From Nemertoderma westbladi (taxonomy: Eukaryota; Animalia; Xenacoelomorpha), in NCBI GenBank assembly GCA_032718475.1, contig JAUCBJ010005626.1:1-64000 (forward strand): DNA of 64,000 nucleotides, in the 5' to 3' direction. A program made the position numbers and the translations under genes. The notes under the pieces were generated by a model that searched no databases, was not told where the DNA came from, and worked only from the letters and a program-made list of their open reading frames with translations. Positions 1-12,739 of this stretch are shown one piece after another; position 1 is the stretch's first letter, and each line of letters opens with the position of its first letter.

Positions 1-54
1 TGGTGTACCAAATTACATCAATAATTGAATAATTTATTTCTAATATCAAACCTA

Positions 55-400
55 ATTCACAGCACAGGCCTAAAGGCCATCGCTGCTTTCAATCTGATTG
101 GAGGGATCTTCTCAAGGCTTTGTATAAAGCTAATAATTTGTGCTGGCCTGGCTATGAAGCTTTATTGTCATTTTAGCTAAAGGTTCCCAAGCACATTCTG
201 TGAAGTAGCCAGTCAGAATTAATTGCTCCCAAGTTATTTGTGATTGGTCAATGGTATTGCAGTGGATGTTAGGATGAATAATAGTTCTATAGGATTGGTT
301 GGCATGCTGTAATGGTGTGACCAGTGGAAAGTTATGGGAAAATGTATATTGCAGTGAGTTCCTATTTATTTCTCAATCATATTTGACTTTGATGTAACAA
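55..400. repeat. Dispersed repeat, 3 copies (also ~19250-19790 and ~20075-20570)
   Basis: Shared core gttaggatgaataa...taggattggtt...tgtaatggtgtgaccagtggaaagtt in all three copies. Class unknown. Confidence 0.75.
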
Positions 401-700
401 TATAATAGTAGTAGTTAAGTTATTGGCTTTTTCTAATTAATATTTTAATATCTAATAAAAAAGTAAGTATATAGGAATTAGCCTAGATCTACTTAACTGT
501 AATTTAATGACAATAAAATAATTATAAAATAAAATTTAGTAAAGTATGTTTGAAAATTAGTTACTATGGGCCTAGTAAAATGGCTAATATTTATTTTGCT
601 CTTCTAGAAAGTGGAATATTCTTAATATACTGGTAGATAATAATATACTTTAGCTTACCCAAAATGAATACTACCAGCTTTTCACTAAGCCTACACTTAA

Positions 701-1420
701 GGGGGGGGGGGGGGGGGGGGTACACCATTTTAGTCCAAAATATGTCGAAATTTTTTTATGGTCTATTATAATGCACCATTAAATGGTGTTTCCAAATCTG
801 AAAACCGCTATTTAGTAGCTCATTTAGTTTTCAAGATATAACAATTTCCATTTAGAGAATCCTATTGAAAGTACTATTACTATGTATAAGGAAAGGTCGA
901 TTATATCCAAATATTTTTTTTATGAAATTGTCAACTTCAAAACCCTACTACTTCTACAATTTTTGAGCAATTAGTCTGAAACTTTCTGTGGGTGTCTACA
1001 TAGCCACCCTGCATAAAAGTATCATACAACTTTTCGGAATTTTTTATTAATACAATTTAATACTATTTATAACAAACCTAAAAATTTAGCAGAAATTTGC
1101 TGCGCCACCTAGCGGTGCAGAATTATTTTCACAAAATTTCACCTGATAGTTATGTTGCCCCATCTTTGATCTATCATATAAAAAAACTTTCATGTGATTA
1201 GATTCAAAACTGTAAAAGCCTTAGGGTTTTAAGCGCAATCAAGTTTTTTTTATTGTTAACTAGTATTAACTAATATTAAATAGCGACAAACATTTTTTTC
1301 TGACCTGTCATGTAGAATAGCATCTTAGGCACCTATATTCCAAATTTAAGCCAAAACCAATCAATTTTGAAACGCTGAGAGTGATAAATCGAGGAGTTGT
1401 CCGAAAATGGTATACCCCCC
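701..1420. mobile_element. Non-autonomous Kolobok-like DNA transposon
   Basis: TTAA on both sides (697-700, 1421-1424). TIRs GGGGGTACACCATTTT / AAAATGGTATACCCCCC. G-initiated termini with a TTAA TSD fit Kolobok rather than piggyBac. Confidence 0.8.
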
Positions 1421-1559
1421 TTAATGCCTTATGGTTTTCATTTAACTAAGATGCTACTATACTTTTATAAATAATTATTATTGCTTATGTTTATATTATA
1501 TTATAATTATATTTATATTGCTTATATTTATATTATTTTATATTTTTTTCACCAAATCT

Positions 1560-1900
1560 ATGAATGGCATATTCACAAGAATGCTATGTTGGGTTCACTG
1601 TATCAAGTACAATGCACACATCTCTAACCAGACACTATATAACATTGGAGGTGTCTCATTGGTTCCACCAAGCTTGACACTAGAACAAAGCAGCCTCCGC
1701 TTTGCAGGACATTGGTTTCGCCGTGAGCCTGTGTACAATATTGTGCTTTGGCAGCCTCATGGAGAAAATTAGCCCATGAAGATTCGATAATCTCGCAAAT
1801 GTCATGGGGGATAGAGAGTTGTGGCAGAGCAACTTTGTTGATAAGCCGGCATAGCATTCTTAATGAGCGCTGCATTGGGCTTGCCAATTGTGGATTGCAT
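1560..1900 (+). mobile_element. Decayed 3' fragment of an RTE-clade LINE
   Basis: ORF 1518-1772 contains LRFAGHWFR..EPVYNIVLWQPHG, like the RTE C-terminal RLRFAGH...LLW-P motif. Confidence 0.65.
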
Positions 1901-2696
1901 GGTGGTAACTAAATATTTTTGTTAAGCTGGCATTAGCATCTCATTGTGCCGTTTCATTTATAGTAGTATTGTAGTATATTTGTACATTTCATATTTATAC
2001 AAATCATAAAAATAGTAAGCAATAATATGTTTAATAACTAAAATAATTAACAATTATTCTAACTGGCATCATGTACATTAAAAACAATACTGTATTTAGT
2101 GCTAGTTAAAATGAAAGGAAGCGCTGTGGTGTACTCTTTGAGTACTATCAATATCAGAGCAGAGTGGATTAACATTCACTATTCACAACCTTCTGGGAGT
2201 TTATGTTAGTTCCATACATATTGATAACATTATCATTTCTTTTAACACTTATCATCCATTCGTTCTATATAATGATATCACTCACTATGCTCTCTCAGTA
2301 AATAAGTGACCCCAGGGTGCGTGGTAAATTAAGCATATTTAATTAACTTTACAATAAATATTTATTATATATAATGTATGTATGTATAATATATAGTATA
2401 ATATATAATGTATACAATGTAATGTATATTATGCAATATATAATTATTACAGTAAGTGAATTACAGACATTACATAGTAAATTACAGTAATATAATGTAA
2501 TTATACATTATTATATAATGTATAATATTACATATTTACATATTTTATTTATTTATTTATTATTTATATATCTTGATAGCTGGCTGTTCTTATTTAGTGT
2601 TAAGATTTAATTAATTATACCTACCACCTATTAACATATAAATCTGCAACAATAATAAACATTACTATATCAGCCCATATTAAGTTATTATGGTGG

Positions 2697-3808
2697 CTGA
2701 TCTTTGCCAATTAATTAATTTGTTCAGAAGTTCTCCATGATGTCATAATTTATGGTCAACCATAAATTAATTTATGGTCAACCAAAAAATTATTTATGGT
2801 CAACCATAAATTAATTTATGGTCGATCAAAAAATTATTTATGGTCAACCATAAATTAATTTCTGGAGGTTGGAATTTCCCGGTTCCTTGCAGGGCAAGTT
2901 TTGGACAGGCCATTTATTAGTTACTTTGAGTAATTACATTCAAATAAATGTGCAATTGTATAGTTTCCCACTACCCTAACCAATGAATGGCCTGTCCAAA
3001 TCTTGCCCTACAAGGAACCAGGAAATTCAAACTTCCAGAAATTAATTTATGCTTGACCATAAATTAATAATTTATGGTCAACCTTAGGCATAAATTATGA
3101 TGTCATACAGGGACGGATTATGGAATTTCGGGCCCCCGGCAGTCGCAACTTACGGGCCCCTACCCCCCCCCCCCCCCCCCCCCCCCGACAAAAACCAATT
3201 TCAAAAAATTTTGGTCCCCGTTGGTACAAATAAGTAACGCTGTAGTGATATTTTTTTCAAATAAAACAATATATTTGATATAAAAACGTAACGGAAAACA
3301 CTTTAGACAGAATAGTTGAATTTCGCTAAATTGAATATCAGTGAAAAAAGAGGTGATTTCCACTTACTTTTATTTTTATCGAATAATAGTCCTTTATTAT
3401 TTAAATAATAATAATTTTTTCCTAAAATTACACCATCCAAAAGACGTCAATTCTATATTTAGGAACGAATAATATACTGGTATATCAATGAATTAGACAC
3501 AAAATTACTTAAAAATAGCAATTTTTTTTAAAACACTTTATCATTCTATGGGGCACAGTGCTCTGAATGGTGTGGCTATATGTGAGATATACTCTAAGTA
3601 TTCATTGAACAGCCAGAAATTAATAAATAAATGAGATTGTTTTAGGTTTATCAGTGAGATAATGTTCGGTAAATTTCTCCCAACTTGCGGGCCCCTTCCA
3701 ACTTACAGGCCCCCGGCAGCTGCCCCTGTTGCCCCCCCCCCCCCTTAATCCGTCCCTGATGTCATAGGGAACTTCTGAAAAAAAAATTCATTAATTGGCA
3801 AAGATCAG
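2697..3808. mobile_element. Foldback MITE with long inverted arms and internal atttatggtcaaccataaatt repeats
   Basis: ctgatctttgccaattaa..cagaagttc at 2697 is mirrored at 3767-3808. Inner arms 2860-2920 and 2985-3050 are also inverted. Confidence 0.8.
3108..3758. mobile_element. hAT-type MITE nested in the right arm of the 2697-3808 element
   Basis: TIR CAGGGACGGATTA / TAATCCGTCCCTG. Perfect 8-bp TSD ATGTCATA at 3100-3107 and 3759-3766. Confidence 0.92.
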
Positions 3809-4009
3809 TTTTGTAAATTAATTTAATATGGATATTTTTAATAATGTCAATATTCCATATATTAAATATAGTATTAGTCGGTCTATAATTTATTTTGTCC
3901 AAAGTGAAACTGACAGTAAATTTGTCAAATATGTCAACTGACAAATATTTGTATATTATGAAAATCCTACTGACTAGAATAGTTTTTGATTCTTTATTTT
4001 GAAAAAGTA

Positions 4010-7000
4010 TAGTCTGGCGGTAGCTCCGAAAAGTGTGATATATGGTCTTTAAGCAGTTTGTTTACAGTTTCCATATGTATGCTGATTCCAAATCAGAGTG
4101 ATGCCACTCGTGAAAGTTTGAGCATTTTTTTTATTACTACTTAAAGTTAGCACCATAATAATTCTACTTCTATGCGAGAAATGTTGAGTTGTCAATATAT
4201 TTCCTATGATACTATAGTGTTTTTTTCTGCAACATAATATATTTTTGCCGATTCTTTTGGTTATTTTACTGTTTGAGCTGTGTATTTTACTAGTTTATAC
4301 TACTGCAGCGTAGGACCAAATTAGTTTATCATTTAATTAGGTTGTCATGCCATGCAGGCTGCCATTTTTATCTACCGGTACCATACTGTATTTTGTAATC
4401 TGTATTGTACTATATTGTACTGTATAGTGTATAATCATTATTATGATTATTTAGTGGCATTACTACACCTTGTGTACCTGCAAGCCAGACTAATACCAAA
4501 AAATATATCAAACTTATGTTTTTCTTGTTATTTCATGTGTATATGTTCCCTAACATCTTTCAGAACTTTTTCCAATAAATAATGTATGTTCTAGAAGTAA
4601 ATCATTAGCTATAAATGGCTAATTTCAACCAATAATGGATAAATCCAAATTGTGGTATGACTGGTACCACTATAGTCATATGACACCCCTACCCAAAGTT
4701 TTCTACTACTCATTTCTTAATGTTCTAGAACATGTTAGCTAGTTAAATAAATAGTTAAATAAATTAAAAATATTATTACAAATCAAATATTTTTTAGAAC
4801 AATAAGAAGATAGATAGAATATTGACATTTCTATAGTACACTAAGCATTATTTATAAAGAGATGGCAAGACAACGTATGTGTTTTAAATGTGCTAGAAAC
4901 CATGAAAATCTCCTATATATTCTCAGACTCGTATTCCTAGTCTCCTTAATGCCAGCAGACTTATGGGTGATAATATTTCTGAAACACTGGATCTTCTTCA
5001 GTCAATTACATGCCATCGTATTTGCATATCGACCTATACATCAAAACACCACATAGAACGAGCAACTAAAAGATTGAAGTTCCTGAATGGCAACGGTGAT
5101 GAGATTGGGGAATATGTTAGCATTCATGTCACTCTGAAGATCAACAATTTGACATTCTAGCAGATTGTCTGTTTTGTGGTGATGAATGCAACAGGATAAA
5201 CAAGCCAAATATGTCGAACTGAGAATTCTTGGAAGTTCAGACTTAAAGGCTTCTGGTGCAAGGAACCATCATGTCTGCAGAGTTAACTTTATAGCATCAT
5301 GGAGTGTGTACAAGCAGCAATAATGCCTACATCTGGAGGTAATGAAGATCTTGCTCTTGAGCTAATGTTTAGTGACATGTCTGCTGATATACAGTCTTCA
5401 TGGAATACCACAGAGCTGTATGTATATATATTTAGACTATGGAGGCAGCAACTTTTGCAGGAACGTTTTGATTGAGAAGATACTCCTGCATTTTGGAGAA
5501 AAAATATTGATGTTGAGCGGAAATGGAACTGTCAGCATTTTGCTTTTTTGGACTGATGCCTGTCAGTTAGTGAAAATCACCAAAGCCTCGAACGACGATA
5601 AAATGGCAATGGCAATAGATTAATTATGTAGTCAATACTGTAATTCACAAAATTACAAACCCAAATATGGTCACATTCAACTTAGACTCTATATGTGATA
5701 CAGTGACCAATGAGGTGATTCTGACATTACCCCAATTATTCGATTAGTTGGGACTGCCAAAACTACCAACTGTGCTTATCTCGAGCATCATTACAAGTCA
5801 TATTACACACCCCCCAACACCGCTCCAGGTGGCTTTATCAAACTTCGTGAAGAAGAAATCTCTCATCACTGAGTTGTACACCTTGTACATGTAAACCTCA
5901 CATTACAATGAGTTAGGCGTTTCAAAGCTTCTGCAGGTTGTAGAGATATTCATAACTTTGCAATTGGAACCAAACTTATTCAGGGTGTTGGTGATAATTT
6001 TGATTTATCTGTATCATCCCCAAATGGACTTAACCAAACACATTGCTTGTGGAAGAGAAAATCCAAAGAGAAATCCCAAGTTTGAGAAAGATAATCATCC
6101 ACTGTTATAAAGTACCAAAAGATCCACCTATGCCATCAAATGAATCTTGCTGAAATCCACTTCGTCTCAAAATATTAGCCTACCAAGCCATAATGGTCTC
6201 ACTGTCCGCTGGTCAGATCTATATAACATATACAAATGAACAACAATTATATAAGATTGCTGTACAATTGCAATGGTATGATTCTCCCACATTTGTTAAC
6301 TTCTACTTGAGTCTTTCCAGTATGCATATGTTGAAGTCATTTGTTGGTTATGTTTGGAGTACTCATATCCTCAACAGGTTTACAAGAAGTGATGGAATCT
6401 GCTTTTGCTGGCATTATAAAAATGCTTCTGGGTAAAAAGTTCCCTCAAAACATAAGGGCCATGAGATTGACAATGGAAGCGGTGTTGCGCAATATGTTAA
6501 CAGACCTGGGAATAGAAACGATGTGACGAAGCATGAAATGACGACTCATTGTACAATTTGAGATGAGAGCATTAAAAAGCCAGACATGCTATCTATGGTT
6601 GGACTGCTTCATCAAACCTGTTTTAATCATAATGACTTTTGTTCGAGCTGAACGTGAGGGGAGTGGCCTCTCCATCTAGCTGCAGTTGATTCAATGCTTC
6701 CATATTTTGCAGCAGCCACTCATTGGCATTATTTTAGGTACACCACTGTATATCTCATCAAAATGTTCTAAGATGCTTGATGACCTATTGAAGCACTTTA
6801 TGAATTGTGAACATGTAATGCGACATCGACCTGGTTTCTGGAAATGCCATTTGGTCTGATATGATGATTGAGACAACTATAATGTGCTATGGACATGGAC
6901 CACATGGGTTGAAAGGGATAAAAATGAAATCAAGTGCAACAAAAGGATGGGCACTGAGTATGGGTATATCAGGAAAGCTTCAGCATGACTTGTTGGAACT

Positions 7001-8860
7001 GAAAGACAAGTATGGAACATCCTCTGCTCACCAAGCGACAACATACAAAGAGGAAAGTTCATGATGGAATTGACAGACAGAAAATAAGGAGCTTCCTCCA
7101 GTCATGTATCTCACCTATAGTATCATCTGAACATGAATCAGATTCAGATATTCAGTTGGTTGACCCTGCACTTATTTATTCCTGGTTTATGGCACTACAA
7201 TCATGTGGCCTGAAAATTCCTATTGAAGATGTCATTAGTATGAACAAGCACCTGTGTCACTATCTGTTTACAGAGAATGTAGGAAGATAATCGTATTTCA
7301 AAGATTTTTTTTTCTTTCAATTATCAATTTCATAAATCAAAGCTTGCCTGTGAATTAAATTCACTCACTGATGCTAACGTCATTGATGGTTCTACCTTTT
7401 TATTGGTTGTTAACTGGCCATCCAATGCCACTGGTGTCAAGTATCTAATCTAAACAATGTAATTTTGTGATATCAAAACTCTAAGTATGTGATGTATTCC
7501 TCACTTTTTTGACAGGTATTTTGATAATAGTATTAAGTCCACTGCTCGTGCTAAGCGTGGTAGGAGTTCTTCAAAGCAATATCAGCCAACTGCTTCTTTA
7601 CCATTGCCACCGAGGGAAGTAACTTCACTCAAATACCAATAACAAGGTTCAATTGATAGATATTGTCAGTAAGCATGCAGTTTGTTGAAGAAGCTTTGTC
7701 TACAGCATCTGATTATGCCTTGGTTATCACTAGTAGTTTTTCCACTTCCTGTCATGTTCAGTCAGGTATAAAAAGTTCTTATGATCTCAAATCAGAACAC
7801 GAGGAAGCAGATGTCACCATTTGTCAATGGGTAATTCATATTGCTAAAAAGGAAAATATAAAACGAGTAAATGTCCTATCAGATGACACATGTTTTCATA
7901 TTACTGGCGTATTTCTATTAGAAAGAGGGAATGATAATCCAACTTACACTCGAGTTGTCTGGTAGTGGCCACAAGCTGATCGATATAGGGGAAACTGCAA
8001 GGAAAAACGATCATTTAATGGCAAATCTGCTTGCAGCTCATGCAGTATCAGGCTGTGAACTGTTGCTCAATGTCACGGAACTGGGAAAGCTATAGTCCTG
8101 AAACATTTACCCCGTATTAATTATTATTAGTCTTAATGAAATTGGTAAAGAGAATGGTGACATTGATACAGTCTGCAAACAAGCAACATCTCTGATGAGC
8201 AGGTGTTATGGATGGATATCCAATACTTAACATGACTAAAGCAAGACTCAAAGCTTGGTCTTACAAGAGGTCAGAAGCACAGATAAATGAAATGCATTCA
8301 TACAAAATTTTGGAATGCTGCTCCAATGGTTCTCCGCCTTGGGTAGATCTCACAAGGTTTGGATGGACACAAGATGATGAATCGAAGATGTTATTGCCTA
8401 TTAGAATTCCAGAAGGTGTTGCGGAGGGTCCAAGCATATCATCAATCTAATCAATTGTGGGTGTCATTCAATACAATCGTGCAGCTCTAACTGTTGCAGC
8501 TGCTCCTCTGCAAAGATCCCCTGTACTGATTTGTGCCAATGTAAAGGACTAAAAAAACGTATTACTTAAATTTTTCCACACCTATAAAGTAAGTGTATGA
8601 ATATAACAAAATTATATAGTTGAAGAAATGTTGTATTCAAGGAATACAATTCAACTTTCAAGTCACTTTCAAGGCAGATACTAAAGACTATCACAATCAC
8701 GACATACATTTTGATATATCTCAAAATGCTCAAAATTTCATGAGTGGCATCACTCAGATTCTGATTCAGCGGATAATTTTGATCTTGAAAAGGCAAATAA
8801 AATGTCATGAAGACCAAATATCATACTTTTGTCGAAAATGCCTATTTGGCTCCCGGACTA
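4010..8860 (+). mobile_element. Decayed Academ (AcademX-type) DNA transposon with a fragmented transposase / XPG-like nuclease / Cys-rich pseudogene (~4860-8550)
   Basis: Imperfect TIRs start TAGTC and end GACTA, sharing gagtgatgccactcRtgaaa-tttgagcatttt. Frameshifted motifs include GDNFD, MLLGKKFPQNIRAMR, FVRAEREG, WSDMMIETTIM, FDRYFDNSIKSTARAKRG, HEEAD, SDDT, HAVSGC and C-terminal CGC..C..NCCSC....PCTDLCQC. Confidence 0.82.
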
Positions 8861-9049
8861 ATATATCTATAATGTAGTTATTTATTTATAAATAGGTAAT
8901 ACATACTTCTATTTAAGAAATCTGTAAGTTCTATGATAAAATTACGAAATTCAAAGTTATACAGAATCATTGATATACACATATACACCATCTCCATTAA
9001 TACATCAACCATTTTTAGTGGGTCGGAGCCCCCCCCCCCCCCCCTTAAT

Positions 9050-9625
9050 TTTTTTCAAATTTCAATCATATGCTACGAAATTTTTTATGGTGATAGTTCG
9101 TCAATTTTTCTTACTGCTGGCCTGGCCGGATTTTTAAATTTATGAGCTATTTCGATTCAACAAGCCGTTAAAAATCGTCTATTTCGCAATATTTAGCCAC
9201 CTCCGTCGGCTTTATTTTTCGTCTTTGGAATGAAATCTAGATATCTTTAGAACCGCCATCATGTGCAGATTCAGAATCAGAAAACTATTTTAAATTTCGC
9301 CCCTTACTTCCAGAGATATTATCAAAATTCAAAGGTATACATTTTGACACATAAATTGATATAATTCTAACGTTTTTTTTTACTCATATAGAATATTAAC
9401 TACGCATAATGAAGAAACAATATGTAGAGTTTTAAAAGCTCAGCTAAATAATAATTAATATTCTAGAATTTTAAGACAAAAACATCAGAATTATAGCCAT
9501 TTACGTCTCAAAATTCGCACATACGGTTATCTGATTTGGAATCTGCAGATGAGGGCGGTTCTAATGATATCCAGATTACATTCAAAAGACGAAAAATAAA
9601 GTCTACAGAGGTGATTAAACATTGC
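9050..9625. mobile_element. MITE-like foldback repeat; related sequence in reverse orientation at ~45130-45360
   Basis: Arms 9186-9290 and 9525-9625 are inverted. 45130-45360 is the reverse complement of ~9050-9290. Confidence 0.7.
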
Positions 9626-10656
9626 TAAATATACATTTTTTAAAGGGCTTGTATGGAAATAACTGAGAAATTGAAAAAACGGGCCAGTGCAGTAGTAAGA
9701 AAATGGTGTAGTTGTATAAATGGCAAAATATAAAATTATAGTTCCCTTCATAGCTAATAGAATTATTTAGTCATAAATTATGCTATTTAAGAAATCTATT
9801 GGTCGTATGATAAAATTAAAAGATGTAGAGTATCAACTTAGTGGTATAGTGAAATATAATTAATAATTTTTAAACTATTTATAACTATTATAATTATTTT
9901 TAGTTATAAATATGTGATCAATTTTGCTATTTCAGAAATTTCAGACTTACAGTATGATATTGTTATTATAGAATTCAAATTCATATAGAAATAATTGTTA
10001 ACATGTTTGAGAAATCCACAATTATTATTTAAATGGTTATTATTATTTGTATTCAATAAAGATGTCTAGTTGTTAGAGAAGCTTCCAGTATTGAATATCC
10101 ACATAATGTTGTTTTCATCTTCCCCCACTCCTTCGATACCAACACTTGAGGGACTTTATACCTTTTCAACAAACTTATTTTGGTAAGCTACTTAATGATT
10201 GGACAAACAATTCTAGAAATATCAGATCAAGGTAGTGTGTAATCAAAGTTTTGCCAGTCTTTTTGTAGTAGATACAGTTGTTTTCTGTACAATATGTGCC
10301 TTATTATAGAATCAGTGCCATAATGAAAAAAGAATGCTTCAAAGTGGCATACATTGTGAAACTATGTTTAAATATGTAATATTATGGGTTTGTTCCGAAG
10401 TGGAAAAAATGAGGAAGCGCGTCACCGGGGGTTGAACAAATGCTATATGTATGTTTCGGCCTCATTAGTATCGCTAACCAGTTCAGGCACTTACTGACAC
10501 TAACTCTCCCACCTAATCCACTTCTATTGAACACTGAACAGGCAGTCTTAGGTTGCATACAGTGGACTTAACCACCCTCAAGGTAAAGAGGTGTTAAAGT
10601 GAAACAGGAGAGAAGTACAAAAGGGTCCACTGTTAGAGATAGGATATGCAACTTAA

Positions 10657-11090
10657 GGCCCCCCTCACACGGAGCAACTTGTTTCTGCAACTTGTTTCTG
10701 AAACTTGTTGCTGGACCCCCTCACACACAGAAACTTGTTGCTGCAACTTGTTTCCGAAACTTGTTTCTGTGTGTGAGGAGTCCAGCAACAAGTTTCTGCA
10801 ACTTGTTTCCGAAACTTATTTCTGTGTGTGAGGGGGTCCAGCAACGAGTTGCTGGAAGTTATATTCCCAGCAACTTTTTTAAAAACCTTTTTTACATCCA
10901 ATTTTTAGATTAGAGCTAGTATTCGATAAATTGAGTGATTTGATATTATATATAAATCACTGGACATGTTAGCTATTTGTTTTAAAATAATTGTTATTTT
11001 CTTGAGCAACAAGTTTCTGTGTGTGAGGGGGTCCAGCAACAAGTTGCTGAAACAAGTTGCAGAAACAAGTTGCTCCGTGTGAGGGGGGCC
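10657..11090. mobile_element. PIF/Harbinger (Tourist-like) MITE nested in the 10378-11275 element
   Basis: TIR GGCCCCCCTCACACGGAGCAACTTGTTTCTGCAACTTGTTTC is perfect on both ends. TAA TSD at 10654-10656 and 11091-11093. Internal aacttgtt repeats. Confidence 0.92.
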
Positions 11091-11169
11091 TAATACTTCC
11101 TGTTCAATGGGAGTGGATTAGATGGGATAGCAAGTGCCAAGTGTCAGGGGAAAGTGGCTGAACTGGTTT

Positions 11170-11213
11170 GCACTACTGATGGGGCCTGATAGGCCGAAAC
11201 ATACGTATAGCGC
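11170..11213 (+). ncRNA. Degenerate minimal hammerhead ribozyme motif
   Basis: gcacta-CTGATGG-ggcct-gat-aggcc-GAAA-catacg-TA-tagcgc. Stem I and stem II pair, core A9 is changed to G, and stem III is one change from palindromic CGTACG. Confidence 0.6.
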
Positions 11214-11359
11214 TGGTTCAACCCCTGGTGACATGCTTCTTCATATTTTCCATTTCTGAACAAAACCATAATATTGAGAAAGTGACATCAATGACGTCAG
11301 AACACTCACCATGGCACATATGATAGTGGGAGTGTCTGGTAGGAAAATACCATATTATG

Positions 11360-11580
11360 TGACAGGATGGAACCTGGATGCAAATCATGGCGTCTCAATG
11401 TTAAATTCTCAATTTAGGGAAAGGAGCATGTTACAGTGGCCCATTATTCTAACCAAAACAATAAACGAATCTTGATAGAACAGGTTACAGTTTAATTTTG
11501 GGAGTAATCTCTTGTTATTTGCATCGAATTTCCCCTGGAGGGGGATGGATTTGTATTGCATCAAAAGTCACCCCCTATAT
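11360..11580 (+). repeat. Diverged copy of the 53240-53500 Mutator-like MITE family
   Basis: Shared core ggaaaggagca-gttacagtgg...ttctaaccaaaacaataa...ttcccctggag...ccccctat. Confidence 0.75.
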
Positions 11581-12233
11581 GCACCATATAGGACATACGC
11601 TTAGACTGACCCCATACATAGAGTATGAGTACACACTCAAATATATATAATAAAATGCACAGAAAAGGTGTGTGGGGGCATGACCTACTACTGTATAATA
11701 GTTACTACTATTATGGTCATAGCAACTATTATGGTTACCTATTATTATATTATAGTAGGTCATAGTGGGGGTTAACTTATTACATATATTTAATATTTAT
11801 TGCTGCAGTTTGAATTCTAAGGAGATAGTAGAGTAGCCAATAGGAAACAAGTAGTGTGGGATTGTGCCATATAGATATCAATATGACTGAATCCTTTTTC
11901 TGATGTTTCTGTGTTGACAATAGGGTTGGGCGCTAAAAAAATGTTGGGCTAGATTTGAATAAGGGGTTATTCGGTACCTTGAATCGAGTGGCAGCTGGCA
12001 CGGTTTGTTTTTTTGTTAAACATGAGGAAAATGTCGAAATGACTGGTTTAAGCAAGCACATGATGCCAATTTTAAAAATTGGCTGTGATTTGCAAATCTG
12101 ACATCACAAGTGAATGCTTCCTTTAAATATAACCTTGCATCCCATGGAGAGTGATTTTCGATCCATTGAAATACACCTTAAATCTAAATTATTTCACACA
12201 AGGTTTGTTGATTGACAGTAGTACAACGACTGG

Positions 12234-12555
12234 GTTGGGTGCAATCTTCGCCCTCGTACAACCTTCGCTTGGGGGAAACCTTCGCCCGCAAGGCAATCTT
12301 CGCCCGCGAGTCACCTTTGCCCAATAAGATTTGTGTTAGTAACAAATTGAGGGAAAGGAGCAGCTTACAGAGACGGCTTTTTCTAACCAAAACAATAATT
12401 GTTTATTGGGCGAAGGTTGCTCGCAGGCGAAGATTGCCTTCGGGCGAAGGATTCCGCCGGGCGATAGTTGCTCATTTTGATGGCGAAGATTGCTCCGGGC
12501 GAAGATTGGACGCGGGCGAAGCTTTCTCGCGGGCGAAGTTTGCTGCGTACCCAAC
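12234..12555. mobile_element. MITE with cttcgccc / gggcgaag subterminal repeats (family unassigned)
   Basis: Termini gttgggt / acccaac are each flanked by TGG. Repeated cttcgccc on the left is mirrored by repeated gggcgaag on the right. Confidence 0.65.
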
Positions 12556-12739
12556 TGGTTTGGGGGCGTTTTTTTTAAATACACGCTCCATTCCAAGCAG
12601 TCAAACTCTGTTCTATAAATGGCGCCAAAATATACCATAGCATACCACCAACAGCCATGAATGTAATGGGGGTAGTAGTCAAAGTCAATAGCAAACAAAG
12701 ACTTCACCCCACCACTCGAATTAGAGTGGTGGTTCCAAG

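Larger units (their letters stand above)
10378..11275. mobile_element. Foldback element with hammerhead-like motifs in both arms (Penelope-like derivative)
   Basis: Arms ~10378-10535 and ~11100-11275 are diverged inverted repeats. The right arm carries ctgatgg-ggcct-gat-aggcc-gaaac and the left arm (minus strand) ctaatgaggccgaaac. Confidence 0.7.

Noticed and set aside
10599-10913. ORFs of 61-104 aa
   Set aside because: They lie within the internal repeats of a Harbinger MITE and show no protein motifs.
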